This document shows, one piece after another, positions 61,699 through 64,000 of a DNA stretch of 64,000 bases. The stretch is from Sedimentisphaerales bacterium. GTDB taxonomy: Bacteria; Planctomycetota; Phycisphaerae; Sedimentisphaerales; Anaerobacaceae. How positions within the stretch are numbered: the first letter of the stretch is position 1; every line of letters begins with the position of its first letter. Under the pieces are notes generated by a model. That model had not been told where the DNA came from. It ran no database searches and saw nothing but the letters and a program-made list of their open reading frames with translations. The stretch lies in the NCBI GenBank assembly GCA_040772485.1, contig JAXGYC010000008.1:575891-639890 (forward strand). Reading direction: 5' to 3'. The position numbers and the translations under genes were made by a program.

Positions 61699-61951
61699 GG
61701 TTTCTGTCCTTCAGATACTCTCGGAAGCGATCCGCCAGTTCGGCTCCATACAGATGGTGAACCACCAGCGCTTGCAGCTCTGCCTCCCGAAGGTGCCCGT
61801 TTCTGCGCGCGATCGCCCTTCGTGACAGGCTCAGCGTCAGCTCCGACAGGGAGCGAACCTGCGCGAACTTCCGCGCCGGCGTCGCCTCTCGGAGCAGCGC
61901 GATCCACGCCGCCTCTGTTTTGCTGTCGGTATCGGTCGATTGGGTTCTCAT
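61685..61951 (-). CDS. Small helical partner protein of the nucleotidyltransferase
   Basis: 88 aa, MRTQSTDT...LLREATPARK...LYG; overlaps the downstream gene. Confidence 0.7.
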   Translation of the reverse strand: MRTQSTDTDSKTEAAWIALLREATPARKFAQVRSLSELTLSLSRRAIARRNGHLREAELQALVVHHLYGAELADRFREYLKDRNREEA

Positions 61952-62244
61952 GGCAAGTTTCCCATTGGCAGCGCCCGGTATAGAGCCAGGACAGGCGAAT
62001 GTAAAGCACGAAGGGCACGATTTCCCTGCCTCCTGGGATCTTCCCCTCCGCGTTGCCCGATTCTGCCTGCACGAGCGCGCCAATTCTCCTTCGTCTCTTT
62101 TGCGGATCAGGTCAGGCCGCTGGGTCAGGCTTCGCGGTTCGTGGGTGGCGGACGGTGCCAAATTGGCAGCGGGGTGTGCGGCGAGGGGCCTCGAAAATGC
62201 GCGTTTTCGGCCGGAAAACGGGCGTGCAGCCGCCCTCCGAGGTC

Positions 62245-62260
62245 TGGCACGCGGTTTGCA
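62245..62260 (+). promoter_or_regulatory. Sigma54 (-24/-12) promoter of hsp20
   Basis: TGGCACG-CGGT-TTGCA, an exact match to the TGGCACG-N4-TTGCW consensus. Confidence 0.8.
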
Positions 62261-62337
62261 CAAGGCTATAGTGGACAGACAATGTGGTCGAAAACCGAAC
62301 ACGAAATGAGTCGTGGTCAAGAGAATGAAAAGGAGGA

Positions 62338-62787
62338 ATGACTATGGCACTGCTATCGTTGAACAAGCGAAACCGAGGCGAACTGGCCAGACTGCATCAC
62401 GAGATGGACGACCTGTTCGACGGCTTCTTCCGCGGCCTGGATCGGCCGTTCGGCGGCTCCAACGCCTGGCCGGCCATCGACGTGGCCGAGCAGGATGACG
62501 CGGTGATGGTGCGGGCGGAAGTGCCCGGCTGCAAGGCCGACGACATCGACATCAGCGTCTGCAACAACACGCTGACCATCTCCGGCGAGAAGAAAGAGAC
62601 CCGCGAGGAGAAGGACAAGGGGTACTACTACGCCGAGAGCAGCTACGGCTCGTTCCGCCGGGACGTGAATCTGCGCGCCGAGGTCGACGCGAACAAGGTC
62701 GCGGCGAGCTGCAAGGACGGTGTGCTGTCCATCACGCTGCCCAAGGCCGCCAGGAGCAAGGCCGTCAAGGTCCAGATCAAAGACTGA
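62338..62787 (+). CDS. Hsp20/alpha-crystallin small heat-shock protein
   Basis: WPAIDV.E, AEVPG, LTISGEK, YGSFRR and DGVLSITLPK; C-terminal VQI; AGGAGG RBS; start at 62338 or 62344. Confidence 0.95.
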   Translation: MTMALLSLNKRNRGELARLHHEMDDLFDGFFRGLDRPFGGSNAWPAIDVAEQDDAVMVRAEVPGCKADDIDISVCNNTLTISGEKKETREEKDKGYYYAESSYGSFRRDVNLRAEVDANKVAASCKDGVLSITLPKAARSKAVKVQIKD

Positions 62788-62816
62788 GCATCCATTCGCA
62801 TCTTCACACGCAGCAC

Positions 62817-62848
62817 GTAGCCGGGCCGCCATTCAAAGGCCCGGCTAC
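62817..62848 (+). terminator. Hairpin downstream of hsp20
   Basis: GTAGCCGGGCC-N10-GGCCCGGCTAC. Confidence 0.6.
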
Positions 62849-63041
62849 CGTCGTTTCTGGCCCCCATCTTTTTTTCACTTTCGCAAAGAATTTTGTTGCA
62901 GATGCGCCAAACATAGTGTAGTTTGTAAGTTGCTTCGCAGCAGCGAGGCGTTTCTCGCCCAGCAGGGCAAGGTGGCGCCGTGGGCGGCCCGGGTGGCCGC
63001 CCGGAACCGACTCTGGGTCTGCGCGCCGGTGTCTGCACGCC

Positions 63042-63065
63042 GTAGGGGCGAATCATGATTCGCCC
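63042..63065 (+). repeat. REP family 2 (GTAG type)
   Basis: GTAGGGGCGAATCATGATTCGCCC. Confidence 0.8.
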
Positions 63066-63114
63066 GAATCCACGTGCATCCCCGGCCGCACACGAGAAAC
63101 GTGAGGAAGCCCCC

Positions 63115-63819
63115 ATGCGAAGCTGCCGCAACTGTGCCTACGCCCACCGGCTGGGAAATCGCTGCCCGATCCCGCCGCTGGGCAGTTGGATGTCCAGCCT
63201 GATCTGCGCCAACTGTGCCGAGTGCCCTGGCCACCTGCGCGAGGTGACGATTTCCAAGCCCTGTGCGAATTATCGCCGCCGGCGCGAAGAGCCCGTCTGG
63301 ACGACCGTGCCCGATCCGGCCGACGACGAGGTCCGCTACATCCCGCTGACCAAGGGCCTGTTCGCGGTCGTCGACGCCGCCGACTATGATTGGCTCAGCC
63401 AGTACAAATGGACCGCCCAGATGTCGGGCGGCAAGGTCTACGCCGTCCGCAACGAGCGGGGCAAGGCGATCCTGATGCACCGCGAGATCATGCAGCCGCC
63501 GGAGGACATGGTCGTCGACCACATCGACGGCTCCGGCCTGCACAACTGCCGCCGCAACATGCGCGTCTGCACCCGCCAGCAGAACCTCTGCAACACCCGC
63601 CCTCGCGGCGGACGATCGCAGTACAAGGGCGTCCGTTGGGAGAACCGCCGCAAGAAATGGGTCGCCGAGATCACCTGCAAGGGCCACCGCTACTACCTCG
63701 GCTCCTTCGACGACGAGATCGAAGCCGCCAAAGCCTACGACCGAAAGGCGCGCGAACTCTTCGGCCCCTTCGCCCGCCTCAATTTCCCCGACGAAGCTCC
63801 GGCACCAGCCGGAGGGTAG
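63115..63819 (+). CDS. HNH endonuclease-AP2 domain protein with Cys-rich N-terminal extension
   Basis: VVDHIDGSGLHNCRRNMR..T..QN (HNH); YKGVRW..KKWVAEI...YLGSF..EAAKAYD.KA.ELFG.FARLNFP (AP2); N-terminal CRNC...CANCAEC...C. Confidence 0.9.
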   Translation: MRSCRNCAYAHRLGNRCPIPPLGSWMSSLICANCAECPGHLREVTISKPCANYRRRREEPVWTTVPDPADDEVRYIPLTKGLFAVVDAADYDWLSQYKWTAQMSGGKVYAVRNERGKAILMHREIMQPPEDMVVDHIDGSGLHNCRRNMRVCTRQQNLCNTRPRGGRSQYKGVRWENRRKKWVAEITCKGHRYYLGSFDDEIEAAKAYDRKARELFGPFARLNFPDEAPAPAGG

Positions 63820-63912
63820 AAGGGCCCCAGGGTGCGAAAGGTGCGAAGGGTGGAAGCGTAAAAGCGTGAATGCGCCCCGCAGGCCGAACGTCCCATCCGA
63901 TCCCGCCCCATC

Positions 63913-64000
63913 GTAGGAGCGAATCATCATTCGCCCTTACCCCTACCCGACCCCCGCCCCGCCGCCCGCCGAATCCCGTCCCCCGGTAGGGGCGAGGCAG
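63913..64000 (+). repeat. Two REP family 2 units (second truncated by the window end)
   Basis: GTAGGAGCGAATCATCATTCGCCCTTAC at 63913-40; GTAGGGGCGAGGCAG at 63986-64000. Confidence 0.75.

Noticed and set aside
63830..63870. GGTGCGAA x2 and AAGCGT x2 short repeats after HNH-AP2
   Set aside because: Too short and too few to support any function.

Overview
High-GC bacterial chromosome segment. Gene content and style suggest Planctomycetota, class Phycisphaerae (inference): FtsK, murE-murF-mraY, OmcB-like DUF11 lipoprotein, dockerin-tailed Pmp-repeat proteins, many secreted CAZymes and an ECF sigma factor. Core genes are patB/malY, nadE, ftsK, rlmN, mraY-murF-murE, recJ, dtd, aqpZ, uxaE, gyrB-dciA-dnaN and hsp20. 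A probable oriC without an adjacent dnaA lies upstream of dnaN. Accessory content includes three nucleotidyltransferase-based TA-like pairs (one carrying an in-frame amber stop), five or six glycoside hydrolases, a pilin/PilX pair, a ~1560-aa fused CoA-dehydratase activase and a free-standing HNH-AP2 endonuclease. The most unusual signal is a set of at least three REP-like palindrome families. They bracket two paralogous beta-helix/dockerin gene cassettes 41 kb apart, and one family brackets the HNH-AP2 gene. Their GTAG ends supply the TAG stop codons of four genes. No RAYT, integrase, CRISPR array, rRNA or tRNA was recognised. All calls come from reading the sequence by eye; no database search was run.
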